A stretch of DNA of 56,370 nucleotides from Candidatus Omnitrophota bacterium (lineage in GTDB: Bacteria > Omnitrophota > Gorgyraeia > 2-01-FULL-45-10), in NCBI GenBank assembly GCA_028715345.1, contig JAQUSB010000009.1, forward strand, positions 1-56,370, written 5' to 3'. Shown here one piece after another: positions 28,089 through 36,498 of the stretch; the stretch's first letter is position 1; each line of letters begins with the position of its first letter. The translations under genes and the position numbers were made by a program. Below the pieces are notes generated by a model, which was given only the letters and a program-made list of their open reading frames with translations, was not told the DNA's origin and ran no database searches.

Positions 28089-28774
28089 CACTCGAGCTCT
28101 TTCATTACTTTCTTCATATCGCCCCACACGATCTTTTTATCGTCGGGATTTCTCAAAAGATAGGCGGGATGAAAAGTGGGCATTACTTTTATACCGTTGT
28201 ATTCGCGGAATATTCCTCTCAAAGCCGAGATCGGGGTTTCGGTATTAAGGAACGTCTGGCTTGCGAATTTCCCGAGGGTGCATATCACGCGCGGGTTTAT
28301 CATCTCTACCTGGCGTTTGACGTTATTCCGGCACGCTATTATTTCCGCAGGAAGAGGCGCACGGTTATTCGGCGGCCGGCATTTCAATATATTCGCGATA
28401 TAGACATCTTCTCTCTTAAGGCCCATCGCTTCTATTATCTTTGTAAGGAGCTGCCCCGCACGCCCGACGAACGGCAGGCCCTGTTTATCTTCCTGCTCAC
28501 CGGGAGCTTCACCTACGAACATGAGTTTCGCTTTGGGATTGCCGGCTCCGAATACGACATTAGTCCTCGTTTGGCATAGGTCGCATTCCCGGCAGGCGAG
28601 GACTTCTTTTTTTAGCTCGTCGAGGCCTTGCGGCACAGCTGCAGGCCTGTCGGCGCAGGCGGCGGCTACGGCCTCATCCGAGGCAAAATAGTATTCTTCC
28701 ACCCCGGATTCCCGCTCCAGGTCCAGGTATGCCCTGACCGACGCCACTATAGAATTTAACTCTTCTTTTCGCAT
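28088..28774 (-). CDS. udg: Uracil-DNA glycosylase, family 4 (Fe-S type)
   Basis: CRECDLCQTRTNVVFGAGNP, FVGEAPG and PFVGRAGQLL motifs. Confidence 0.85.
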   Translation of the reverse strand: MRKEELNSIVASVRAYLDLERESGVEEYYFASDEAVAAACADRPAAVPQGLDELKKEVLACRECDLCQTRTNVVFGAGNPKAKLMFVGEAPGEQEDKQGLPFVGRAGQLLTKIIEAMGLKREDVYIANILKCRPPNNRAPLPAEIIACRNNVKRQVEMINPRVICTLGKFASQTFLNTETPISALRGIFREYNGIKVMPTFHPAYLLRNPDDKKIVWGDMKKVMKELE

Positions 28775-29895
28775 ATTTGGATCGCCAGTTTCGCCACATC
28801 ATAAGCCGCATCGGGCTTTTTTATGGCGCGTATCGCTTCTTTCATGGCCGACATCCTCTCGGGATGGACGGACAGGTACTCGATGACTTCCTTAATATCA
28901 GCGGCTTTCCCTATCTTTACCGCGGCGCCGTGCTCTATCAGGTAATCGCTGTTTCTCGTCTCCTGTCCGATGATCGGCGCTATTATCACCATCGGCAGCT
29001 CTTTCGCCAGGCTCTCGGAGACCGTTATGCCGCCCGACTTCGAAATAAGGACATCGGCCACGTCCATATATTCGTAAACATTATTGACGAACCCGCAGAC
29101 TTTTATATTCGCCTTAAGAGAAGGCTTGAGCGCCTCCAGTTTTTTTACCAGGTCCTCGTTGTGGCCGCATATCGTTATTATCTGGATCGGGTTCGCTATG
29201 CTCCCGACCGACTTTATGATCTCTTCGATAGGCCCGACGCCGAACCCGCCGCCTATTACCAGCACCGTAAAGATACCGCTCCTAAGACCGGCTGCCTGAA
29301 GTATCTTCGCCTTATCGAGCTTCTTCGTGAAGACCGGTTCTATGGGGATGCCGAGGATCCGTATCTTTTCGGACGGGACTTTCCATTTCAAGAGATCATC
29401 GCGCGTATCCTGCCCCGCGACCACATACACATCGGTCTTGTCGGCCACCCACCACGAATGGAGCCTGTAGTCGGTTACGACCGTTATCAGTTTACAGTTC
29501 ACTTTGCCGGAGCTCTTCAGGTTAGATATGACTTCGCTGGCGAAGAAATGAGTCGATATCACGACATCCGGCTTCTCGTCGGTAAGGTACTTCGTCAGCT
29601 TCCCCGAATTCAGCCAGTTATTGAGCCTGCGCAGTTTCGATACCGCGATATTCACATAAAAATTATCGGTGAAGTAATATGAACTTCCCCATAAGGTCGG
29701 TAATTTATTGACCATGAGAAGATACGTTTCGAGATAAGACCATTTGAAAAAATGATTTGTATAATCGAGCGCGTCCGCCAGGATCACTTCGGCATCGTCG
29801 AATTTCAGCTCATCGAACGCCGCCTTTACAGCCATCGAAGCCTTCTTGTGCCCTATGCCCGCCGTCGCGTACAGAACCAATATCTTTTTTTTCAT
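28756..29895 (-). CDS. Glycolipid synthase, MGDG-synthase/UgtP-like (GT28 family)
   Basis: N-terminus KILVLYATAGIGHKKAS, typical of the MGDG-synthase domain, plus a GT-B C-terminal half (SKSGGITVSESLAKELPMV). Confidence 0.7.
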   Translation of the reverse strand: MKKKILVLYATAGIGHKKASMAVKAAFDELKFDDAEVILADALDYTNHFFKWSYLETYLLMVNKLPTLWGSSYYFTDNFYVNIAVSKLRRLNNWLNSGKLTKYLTDEKPDVVISTHFFASEVISNLKSSGKVNCKLITVVTDYRLHSWWVADKTDVYVVAGQDTRDDLLKWKVPSEKIRILGIPIEPVFTKKLDKAKILQAAGLRSGIFTVLVIGGGFGVGPIEEIIKSVGSIANPIQIITICGHNEDLVKKLEALKPSLKANIKVCGFVNNVYEYMDVADVLISKSGGITVSESLAKELPMVIIAPIIGQETRNSDYLIEHGAAVKIGKAADIKEVIEYLSVHPERMSAMKEAIRAIKKPDAAYDVAKLAIQICEKKS

Positions 29896-30929
29896 TTAAA
29901 AACTCCTATGTTGTCCTTCACCCAGCCTGTCAGTAATTTCACACCGTAGGACGGCGTTATTTTAGGCTGCCATCCCAATTCCTTCGAAACTTTGGATATG
30001 TCCGATATATAAACTTTCTGGTCGCTCGGCCGCCAATCGCCGAACTTATACGACATCCTGACGCCCGTCTCGGCCTCTATCGCATCGATCAATTCCAATA
30101 GCGATGTCGTATTTTCGCCCCCGCCTCCTATATTATACACGTTATGCCCGATCCCGCTTTTAAAAAACCTGTCGTATGCGGCTACTAAGTCCTCTACATA
30201 AAGGATATCCCTTACCTGTTTTCCGTTGCCGTAGATCGTGATAGGCTTTTTAAGCAGATTCGATATGACAAAATGGGCCACCCATCCCTGGTCCTCGAAA
30301 CCGAACTGCCTGATGCCGTAAATGCAGCTCATCCTGAATACCGCCGTCTTCATGCCGTAAATGCGCGCATATTCCTGCGTATAGATATCGCCGGTATATT
30401 TACTCGCCCCGTAAGGCGTATGTCCGGTCAGGTCTATAGGCATATCTTCTTTTACGCCCGGCACACCGTCGAAAACATACCTCTTTTCCAGTTCCGACAG
30501 TTTTATCTTATCGACATTCTCGCCGAAGACTTTATTCGTCGAGCAATATATGAAGCAGGCGCTCTTAGACCTCTGCCTTAGGCACTCCAGGACGTTAAGC
30601 GTCCCGTAAGCGTTGATACTGAAATCCTCCATCGGCTCTTTGACCGACAATCCCACTCCGGGCTGCCCGGCGGTATGGACGCAAAGGTCCACCCCTTTAC
30701 CTATGGCGGACAGGACATCGCGCTCGTTCCTGACATCGCCTTTTATGCGCTTTATATTCCTGTACTGCTTTAAATAATTCCAGTTGTACTCTACGCTCTT
30801 CCTGTCATATTCGAAAAGCCTCGAGCGCATCAGGTTGTCGAGGATTATTACCTCTTCCTGCCTCCTGGCGTAATATTCCGCAGTATGGCTTCCTACCATC
30901 CCGGCCCCGCCGGTTATGAGGATCCTCAT
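29892..30929 (-). CDS. NAD-dependent sugar epimerase/dehydratase (extended SDR; CDP-paratose-2-epimerase-like)
   Basis: ITGGAGMVGSH Rossmann motif and the YGASK catalytic YxxxK. Confidence 0.7.
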   Translation of the reverse strand: MRILITGGAGMVGSHTAEYYARRQEEVIILDNLMRSRLFEYDRKSVEYNWNYLKQYRNIKRIKGDVRNERDVLSAIGKGVDLCVHTAGQPGVGLSVKEPMEDFSINAYGTLNVLECLRQRSKSACFIYCSTNKVFGENVDKIKLSELEKRYVFDGVPGVKEDMPIDLTGHTPYGASKYTGDIYTQEYARIYGMKTAVFRMSCIYGIRQFGFEDQGWVAHFVISNLLKKPITIYGNGKQVRDILYVEDLVAAYDRFFKSGIGHNVYNIGGGGENTTSLLELIDAIEAETGVRMSYKFGDWRPSDQKVYISDISKVSKELGWQPKITPSYGVKLLTGWVKDNIGVFK

Positions 30930-30962
30930 GTACCAACTCCTTGTTAATAAAACTTATCCACA

Positions 30963-30994
30963 GATGTAGGTCACCCTTAAGGGTGACCTACATC
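30963..30994. repeat. Perfect 32-nt palindrome GATGTAGGTCACCCTTAAGGGTGACCTACATC overlapping the gmhB stop
   Basis: Read directly from the sequence. One arm encodes the last five gmhB codons (DVGHP) and the central TTAA supplies the TAA stop. Confidence 0.85.
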
Positions 30995-31543
30995 GTTGAT
31001 CACAATCTTAACCGCTTCCTGCAGGTCCTTAACGATATGGTCCGGTTTTATTTCCCATCCCTCGATATCCTCAAGCGCCGTTTTGCCGCTTAAAACAAGC
31101 ACCGTTTTCAGGCCCATCGACCTGCCTGCCTGGACATCCGTCTTCCCGTCGCCTATGAAGTAGGCGCCCGCGCTCTTTATGCCGAGCTCTTTTTCTGCGC
31201 GCGAGAACAAACCTGTTTTAGGTTTACGGCAGGCGCAATTGTCCTTGTCGTGATGAACGCAGTAATACACCTTTTTTATCTTCGCTCCCGAAGCTTCTAT
31301 TTCGCGCAGCATATTATCTGTTATTTTATCCAGCGCTTCCTGAGAAAAACATCGCTTACTCACTCCGCCCTGGTTCGAGATCATGATTATATCGTAGCCG
31401 TTATCGTTAAGAAGCTTCAGCGCCTCCTTGGCGCCGGGCAGGAAATGAAAATCCTCCCACCTGGTGACGTAATTATGCTCCGTCCAGCCGCCCGGATCCT
31501 TATTTATAACGCCGTCCCTGTCTATGAATATTATTTTATCCAT
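30977..31543 (-). CDS. gmhB: D-glycero-D-manno-heptose 1,7-bisphosphate phosphatase (HAD, GmhB type)
   Basis: FIDRDGVIN motif I, SNQ motif II, the zinc-binding CxH...CxC region (YYCVHHDKDNCACRKP), and GDGKTD. Confidence 0.8.
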   Translation of the reverse strand: MDKIIFIDRDGVINKDPGGWTEHNYVTRWEDFHFLPGAKEALKLLNDNGYDIIMISNQGGVSKRCFSQEALDKITDNMLREIEASGAKIKKVYYCVHHDKDNCACRKPKTGLFSRAEKELGIKSAGAYFIGDGKTDVQAGRSMGLKTVLVLSGKTALEDIEGWEIKPDHIVKDLQEAVKIVINDVGHP

Positions 31544-31549
31544 TTCTCT

Positions 31550-32152
31550 CTATTTTTTAACGGCAACCCAGCTGTTCATGAATATCTCAAAAAATCCGTA
31601 TCGCGCCTTCCCTTTCGCAAAACCGGCTTCCTGCAAAAGCGAAATGACCCTGGGCGGCCACAGCATATTCTTGTGCTCACCGATCTCGACGGAGCTGACG
31701 AGCCTCAATCTTGCCATGGCCTTCAATAACTTTCCCATCCAGGCGGCCGGGAATGTCATGACTGCCGTTCCCCCGGGCGCCAATACGCGATAAACTTCCT
31801 GGAAAAGCCGCGGCAGGCCGCGGGGTTCGATATGTTCTATCACCGCAAGCATAGTCACCGCATTGAAATAATTGCTTTCGAACGGGAACGGCTTTCCTCC
31901 TTCGATATCATGATTAACAATGCTTATCTTTTGCCCCGAGATATCTTCCGAAAGTTGCGGGGCTATCTTGTCCAGCCCGTACTTTTCACGGAAATTCGAA
32001 TTCACTAAAAAGAGAGGGTATGCCCCGCACCCTACGTCCAGGATCCGGTTTTTATCATTCTGCGCGGAAAGAAGATAACTCGCCACCTTATGTCTCTGTC
32101 CGGCGAGAAATCTCTCCAATAAACCCGACCCCCTCGTAACTGCAAAAGCCAT
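31550..32152 (-). CDS. Class I SAM-dependent methyltransferase
   Basis: ILDVGCGAYP motif I. 200 aa. Confidence 0.65.
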   Translation of the reverse strand: MAFAVTRGSGLLERFLAGQRHKVASYLLSAQNDKNRILDVGCGAYPLFLVNSNFREKYGLDKIAPQLSEDISGQKISIVNHDIEGGKPFPFESNYFNAVTMLAVIEHIEPRGLPRLFQEVYRVLAPGGTAVMTFPAAWMGKLLKAMARLRLVSSVEIGEHKNMLWPPRVISLLQEAGFAKGKARYGFFEIFMNSWVAVKK

Positions 32153-32161
32153 ATTTTAAGC

Positions 32162-33589
32162 CTATCTGCTTTCCGGCGGTTTATTGAGCAAAAGCCCTGC
32201 TTCAAACGCCATGTAAAACATAGCAAGCGGTAATATGTGTATAAGCAGCCTGCTGGCCGTTGTCCGCAATTGCCAGTCTATACTGTTAGGCGTTATAAAA
32301 TAAATGGCTGTATAACAGGCCAATGTAAAAAAGATCGGGATCGTTATATACTTGACCTCGCCTGAGAATAATCTTTTGAACCCGGCCGCTGCGATCAATA
32401 TAAAAGCTATCCACGCGAGATCCCAGTATTTTACCCCGAAAATCTGCCGCTGGTATTCATACAAAATAGAGGCCGCCCGGCTGAATATGCCGGATATATC
32501 ATACCCTGCAAATACTTTCGAATTCACGACGTCATCGCGTAAACCTGCGTGCCGTTTAAAAAATTCCCACGCGATAAATAATGCCGTCAGGCATATGATC
32601 GAGAAGATCATTTTTCTATGCCCGGATATCCGGCCCGTTCCGATCTTAAGCCGTTCAAAAATATAAATGCACGATACCAGAATAAAACCGAGCAGGGTTA
32701 CCATCCCCTCATTTTTAGTCCAGATAGCGAAAAGGCAGGAAAACAGCGCTGTCCAAAAATAGGCGGGCTCTTTTTTCCTGGCCCATAAAAAAAACGCTAA
32801 AAATGTAACCGAAATATATACAGCCACCTGCATATCGGCATAACCATTCGTCGAGTAGTTGAAAAATTGCCTTATCGAGGCAAGAAAAAAAGTAAAAATA
32901 ACGGCAAGGGCACGGTCGATACCGGCTTTTTTCAAAAACATGTAGAAAACGGCCAGAAAAGCTAAAAAGCCCGACGGAAACAACACTTTTACGAGAATAT
33001 CGTTAAAATTGTTTGTGAACGTATAAAACCAGACTTGCGAAAACGGTAACAGCAAAGGATAATCGGAATGAGCGCCGTGAAATTTTGTTTTTATTATATT
33101 CAAAAAATCGGGTGTTACTGTTTTGTCCAGGTAAAGGATCTTTGCTTTAAGCGACCAGATCGCTACCGCATCATACGATTCCACGGGCCTGACAAGCGCC
33201 ACGAAAAACGCATAGCAGATAACGAAGACGAGTAAGGCCGCGGCGATCTTCCCCGCTATTCCGTAAAAAGGCCTGTTTGAACATGCCTCACCGCACCGGG
33301 CCGCAGCGGCAGGATTCTTTTTGCCGAACCTCGCCTTGAAACGCGGTATATTAACAATGGCCAGTAAAACCCACGGCAGAAGTATGTAAACTGCCGTGAA
33401 TTTGATACCGGCCAGCCCCATTATGAACATCTCGACCGCTATAGCGCCTATACCGAAAAGATAAGACAGCCCCGCCATCTCCATTTCGCTTAAATTATCT
33501 TTCCTGTCGTACGCGATAATAATATTAAATCCCGCGAATGAAGTCGCCAGAATGAAACCGAGAATATTCAGTAAATCCCCTGTCATCAT
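32162..33589 (-). CDS. Polytopic membrane protein, GT-C-fold glycosyltransferase-like (ArnT/PMT-like)
   Basis: 475 aa with at least 10 predicted TM segments. It is adjacent to a polyprenol-phosphate GT2. The family assignment is by architecture and context only. Confidence 0.45.
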   Translation of the reverse strand: MMTGDLLNILGFILATSFAGFNIIIAYDRKDNLSEMEMAGLSYLFGIGAIAVEMFIMGLAGIKFTAVYILLPWVLLAIVNIPRFKARFGKKNPAAAARCGEACSNRPFYGIAGKIAAALLVFVICYAFFVALVRPVESYDAVAIWSLKAKILYLDKTVTPDFLNIIKTKFHGAHSDYPLLLPFSQVWFYTFTNNFNDILVKVLFPSGFLAFLAVFYMFLKKAGIDRALAVIFTFFLASIRQFFNYSTNGYADMQVAVYISVTFLAFFLWARKKEPAYFWTALFSCLFAIWTKNEGMVTLLGFILVSCIYIFERLKIGTGRISGHRKMIFSIICLTALFIAWEFFKRHAGLRDDVVNSKVFAGYDISGIFSRAASILYEYQRQIFGVKYWDLAWIAFILIAAAGFKRLFSGEVKYITIPIFFTLACYTAIYFITPNSIDWQLRTTASRLLIHILPLAMFYMAFEAGLLLNKPPESR

Positions 33590-33993
33590 ATCCTTTTTAA
33601 GATAAACCTGGACGGGTCGAGTTCCTTAAAGAGGACATAACCGTCCTGTTTATACCCGGGTTTATCGAAAACGAGCACGTATTCGGCTTTATCTTCCTTG
33701 AAATGCGGGTACAGATAATATATCGCCCGCCTGTAATCTATGGACAGATATTCTATCCCCGTCAGGTCGTATGAAGCTCCCGGCGGCAAAGACTTTTCGC
33801 AGAACTTCAGGAACTCGTATAATTTGTCCCCGTACGCCCATGACCTCTTTCCCGCAGCGTCCCTGGACAAAAGCGCTTTATACTCTTTAAATTGTCTGCC
33901 CTTTATAAGGTCGCGCAATAAAAAATTGAACCATATCGCGATCCAGGCGATAAAGAATATTACGAATATTTTTTCGTTCCTATTGGCAGTCAT
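33586..33993 (-). CDS. Hypothetical single-pass membrane protein
   Basis: One TM segment (IFVIFFIAWIAIWFNFLL) followed by a soluble domain of about 100 aa. The start is placed at the ATG at 33993, a 1-nt overlap with the upstream stop; the track ORF extends to 34026. Confidence 0.45.
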   Translation of the reverse strand: MTANRNEKIFVIFFIAWIAIWFNFLLRDLIKGRQFKEYKALLSRDAAGKRSWAYGDKLYEFLKFCEKSLPPGASYDLTGIEYLSIDYRRAIYYLYPHFKEDKAEYVLVFDKPGYKQDGYVLFKELDPSRFILKRI

Positions 33994-34691
33994 TAATCCA
34001 TGAACCTGAATTTTAAAAGCGCCCACAGGGCCCCGAAACCGTGCTTCCAGGATATCTTTTTGCCTTCCGCGTATGTCCTGCCGTAATAAGATATCGGCAC
34101 CTCATAGACCCTCAGCGCTTTATTCTTCAATATCTTGGCGGTAAGCTCCGGCTCGACCGAAAAATCGTTCGATCGTATCCTGATATCATCTATTACGCTC
34201 TTTTTGAACATCTTGTAGCAGGTTTCCATATCGCTTAAGGTGGAATTATAAAGAAGGTTCGTCAAAAACGACAGGAGGTCATTGCCTACCCTGTGCCAGA
34301 ACATGTAAACCCTCTGGGGCTTCCCGCCCGCGAGCCTCGACCCGTAGACGACGTCGGCCGCGCCTTCCGCAATAGGCTTTATCATTTCCCTGAACTCGTT
34401 CGGGTCGTATTCGAGATCGGCGTCCTGTATCACGACGATATCCTTCGTCACTTTCCCGAACCCCGTCCTGAGGGCGGCGCCTTTTCCCATATTCCTGTCA
34501 TGGTAAAATATCTTTACCCTGCCGTCGAACCCGGCGTTTTTAAGCAGCTCGCGCGTCCCGTCGGTGGAGCAGTCGTCGACTACCACAAGCTCTTTTACCA
34601 TATCCAGGCCGAGCACTTTATTTATGATGCCCAGCACGAACTTTTTTTCATTATATACCGGCATCACTACCGACAGGGTCATATCGTTCAT
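33993..34691 (-). CDS. GT2 polyprenol-phosphate glycosyltransferase (DPM1/ArnC-like)
   Basis: LSVVMPVYNEKKF, VVDDCSTDGT and IQDADLEYDP motifs. 232 aa with no TM segment. Confidence 0.75.
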   Translation of the reverse strand: MNDMTLSVVMPVYNEKKFVLGIINKVLGLDMVKELVVVDDCSTDGTRELLKNAGFDGRVKIFYHDRNMGKGAALRTGFGKVTKDIVVIQDADLEYDPNEFREMIKPIAEGAADVVYGSRLAGGKPQRVYMFWHRVGNDLLSFLTNLLYNSTLSDMETCYKMFKKSVIDDIRIRSNDFSVEPELTAKILKNKALRVYEVPISYYGRTYAEGKKISWKHGFGALWALLKFRFMD

Positions 34692-35452
34692 TTGTTCTCT
34701 CCGTTATTCACCATCTCCTTATACTTTATATAGCTCAGGAATTGATATAGCCCGCCGGAGTATGAGACCGTAAATCCCAAAAGCCCGTCCTTATACCCCT
34801 GCTTCTGTATATAGGCTTTTAAAAATCTGCTCACGGCCTTTCTCCACATCTTCAGGAAATTTATTTTGCGCTTCTCCTTGAACCATTTTCGCGCCTCGAG
34901 CGTCGTCTGGTTGTTCAGGCTCTGGAAAAATTCGTGAAAATCCCTGTAGGAATAATGGAGTATGTCTTTCGTCAGGCGGCCGCAGGTGCCGTCTATGAAA
35001 GCCCTGGGGTGCACTTCGGCCTCTTCGTATTTGAAATGATCCTTGTCGAACAGGCGCACCTTGGGCGCCGGATACCAGCCGCCGTATCTTATCCATCGCT
35101 TCCCTATGAAATTTTTTATCGGCATCGAATAGGCCTTATCCTTCATCCCGGCCTTGAAAAGCTCCCTCAATTCGGTTTCAAGCTCCGGGCTGACGCGCTC
35201 ATCGGCATCGAGCGACAGGACCCACCTGTTCTTCGCCAGCGAATACGCGTAATTCCTGTGGCGCCCCTCTATGTCCATCTTCCTGGACGATACTTTATCC
35301 GTGTACTGCTCCGCTATTTCCACGGTCTTATCCGTACTGTTGTCGTCGAGCACCACTATCTCGTCGGCCCAGGAAACGCTCTTTAAACATTCGGCTATAT
35401 TGTCTTCTTCGTTCTTGGTTATCACTACCACTGAAACCGGTATCTTTTCCAT
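34688..35452 (-). CDS. GT2 glycosyltransferase (LPS-core KdtX/WaaE-like), paralogue 1
   Basis: VSVVVITKNEEDNIAECLKSVSWADEIVVLDDNSTDKT. The start is set at the ATG at 35452, with GAAGGAG 7 nt upstream, rather than the track's TTG at 35482. Confidence 0.75.
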   Translation of the reverse strand: MEKIPVSVVVITKNEEDNIAECLKSVSWADEIVVLDDNSTDKTVEIAEQYTDKVSSRKMDIEGRHRNYAYSLAKNRWVLSLDADERVSPELETELRELFKAGMKDKAYSMPIKNFIGKRWIRYGGWYPAPKVRLFDKDHFKYEEAEVHPRAFIDGTCGRLTKDILHYSYRDFHEFFQSLNNQTTLEARKWFKEKRKINFLKMWRKAVSRFLKAYIQKQGYKDGLLGFTVSYSGGLYQFLSYIKYKEMVNNGENK

Positions 35453-35478
35453 TACCGCTCCTTCGTATTTTGTGAATA

Positions 35479-36495
35479 TCAATAATAACCTATTTCGGCC
35501 TTGTGTATAAAACTCAGTTTTGCCAGGAATTTACCCGCATTCTCTTCCTCGACCATTATCCGGCTGAATTTCTTTTTCTTCTTCAATATATTAAAAACGG
35601 CCTTTATGTAGAACCATCCGCCCGGAAAATACTTCACTATTATGTTGGAATGCCGGGGCGTCACTATAGGGTCTTTTACGAAATACCATATCCAGTTGCC
35701 GCCCCTGGCAAGCTCCATAGAATCGCCGTTTATCTTCTTCAGCGTGTTCGTATCGACGGTGTCCAGTATATACGCGATCCTCTTAGGCTTGCCCCACCTG
35801 AATTCGAATATTTCCTTATTCCTCCTGAAATCGTCGTCGAAGGTTTTGACCTTGCCGAACGATGCGCTTTCCCTGTGGTACACATAAGCGCCGCACGCCC
35901 TGACGCACCGGTAGCCCGCCTGCACCGCTCTCCTGGAGAGATCGGTGTCGTCGAAATTCCCCATGCCGTATATCTCGTCGAGCACACCTATCTTCTCGAT
36001 AACTTTTCTCTTGATCAGCATGCAGAACCCTATGGCTGCGCCCAGCTCGATAAATTCTCCGCGGCGCTCGGCTATTTTGGCTGCGTATGTTCCGAGAGGC
36101 TCGCCGGCAGCCGGTTTCTGGCCGAGGTTATTGCTGGATGGATTGACCAATCCTATGTCATTGGCGGATTCGGCTATGGCGATCATCTCTTTGAGCCAGT
36201 TCTTCATGGCAAGCGTATCGTTATTCAAAATGCATACATACGGGGCTCTCGAAGCGGCTATACCCTGATTGGCCGCTTTGATGAACCCGAGGTTCGTCTC
36301 GTTCCTTATTACGGAAACATAGCGCGGGAAATTCTTCATCAGGTTCGCAAGATAATTTTTCGTCTCGTCGCCGCTGGCATTGTCGATAACTATCAGCTTG
36401 TAATCCACCCCCGGCGTATTCTTAAAAACGGATTCTATGCATTCTTTAGTGTAATTAAGCTGGTTCCATACAGGTATGATTATATCGCAATTCAT
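35479..36495 (-). CDS. GT2 glycosyltransferase with an uncharacterised C-terminal extension, paralogue A
   Basis: CDIIIPVWNQLNYTKECIESV, VIDNASGDET and NNDT motifs. The C-terminal 130 aa or so have no family I recognise. Confidence 0.7.
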   Translation of the reverse strand: MNCDIIIPVWNQLNYTKECIESVFKNTPGVDYKLIVIDNASGDETKNYLANLMKNFPRYVSVIRNETNLGFIKAANQGIAASRAPYVCILNNDTLAMKNWLKEMIAIAESANDIGLVNPSSNNLGQKPAAGEPLGTYAAKIAERRGEFIELGAAIGFCMLIKRKVIEKIGVLDEIYGMGNFDDTDLSRRAVQAGYRCVRACGAYVYHRESASFGKVKTFDDDFRRNKEIFEFRWGKPKRIAYILDTVDTNTLKKINGDSMELARGGNWIWYFVKDPIVTPRHSNIIVKYFPGGWFYIKAVFNILKKKKKFSRIMVEEENAGKFLAKLSFIHKAEIGYY

Positions 36496-36498
36496 ATT

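Noticed and set aside
28777-29682. 301-aa plus-strand ORF
   Set aside because: It is antisense to the MGDG-synthase-like gene, with Arg/Tyr-rich shadow-frame composition.
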